Source: an uncultured Acholeplasmatales bacterium (GTDB lineage: Bacteria > Bacillota_I > Bacilli_A > Acholeplasmatales > Anaeroplasmataceae). From it: a stretch of 50,228 nucleotides of DNA. The stretch lies in the NCBI GenBank assembly GCA_905236105.1, contig CAJOOI010000014.1, forward strand, positions 1 to 50,228, given 5' to 3'. Below, piece by piece: positions 49,821 to 50,228 of the stretch (position 1 is its first letter; every line of letters starts with the position of its first letter). Below the pieces are notes generated by a model. That model ran no database searches. It saw only the letters and a list, made by a program, of their open reading frames with translations, and had not been told where the DNA came from. The translations under genes and the position numbers were made by a program.

Positions 49821-49843
49821 AAAAAAAATCCTTAAACAAGGAT
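49821..49843 (-). terminator. tRNA operon terminator
   Basis: ATCCTT-GTTT-AAGGAT plus T-tract on the minus strand. Confidence 0.75.
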
Positions 49844-49856
49844 AACTAAGAAAGAG

Positions 49857-49932
49857 TGGTGCCTCAGGGCAGAATCGAACTGCCGACACAAGGATTTTCA
49901 GTCCTTTGCTCTACCGACTGAGCTACCGAGGC
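49857..49932 (-). tRNA. tRNA-Phe(GAA)
   Basis: Cloverleaf, anticodon arm AAGGA-CTGAAAA-TCCTT, encoded CCA. Confidence 0.97.
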
Positions 49933-49938
49933 AAAACA

Positions 49939-50015
49939 TGGCGGTCCGGACGAGACTCGAACTCGCGACCTCCTGCGTGACAGGCAGGCATTCTAACCAA
50001 CTGAACTACCGGACC
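49939..50015 (-). tRNA. tRNA-Asp(GUC)
   Basis: Anticodon arm CCTGC-CTGTCAC-GCAGG, encoded CCA. Confidence 0.97.
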
Positions 50016-50023
50016 ATATTATT

Positions 50024-50101
50024 TGGTTGCGGGGATAGGATTTGAACCTATGATCTTCGGGTTATGAGCCCGATGAGTTAACCAGACTGCTCCACCCCGC
50101 G
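50024..50101 (-). tRNA. Initiator tRNA-fMet(CAU)
   Basis: C1:A72 mismatch, A11-U24, GGG/CCC anticodon-stem pairs, CTCATAA loop. Confidence 0.96.
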
Positions 50102-50109
50102 ATAAGTAA

Positions 50110-50200
50110 TGGCGGAGAAAGAGGGATTCGAACCCCCGCGGGACTTTCATCCCCTACCGGTTTTCAAGACCGGACCCTTCAACCACTTGGGTATTTCTCC
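50110..50200 (-). tRNA. tRNA-Ser(UGA)
   Basis: Anticodon arm CCGGT-CTTGAAA-ACCGG, long variable arm, G73-CCA. Confidence 0.97.
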
Positions 50201-50228
50201 ATAATCATATATTTAAATATAAAAAAAA

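Overview
Very AT-rich bacterial chromosome segment read with genetic code 11: TGA is a stop (mutL, miaA, rarA), Trp is TGG, and AGG sits at conserved Arg positions in RuvB and QueA. Gene content (recU but no ruvC, mutS/mutL with the endonuclease motif, solitary ftsZ without dcw neighbours, aroK/aroQ, a Ser-fMet-Asp-Phe tRNA block) fits a low-GC Bacilli lineage, most plausibly an Acholeplasmatales/Anaeroplasma-like Mollicute; this placement is inference. The window is mostly housekeeping: comEC, surE, yidD, DJ-1, mutS-mutL-miaA-aroK-aroQ, efp, CNNM/CBS, ftsZ, ruvAB-queA, cyclophilin-tgt, M16C peptidase, mgtE, recU, RNase J-like, PAP2, rarA, apt-rel-dtd, rimO-trmL, dut and five tRNAs. I saw no CRISPR array, integrase or transposase. 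The most unusual items are: (1) a tail-anchored protein at the head of the mutSL operon with three SAP/Rho_N-like helix-extension-helix motifs and an acidic tandem-repeat spacer, a candidate nucleoid-membrane tether; (2) an EF-P whose tip loop reads LQNKV instead of KPGKG; (3) a 1134-aa coiled-coil protein convergent with a divergent FtsZ; (4) a tandem paralogous pair of unknown multi-TM proteins between dtd and rimO; (5) an RNase J that has lost the His ligands of its metal-binding motifs; (6) a stand-alone CBM20-like protein with CxxCxxC and an upstream cre-like operator; (7) two candidate non-coding RNAs.
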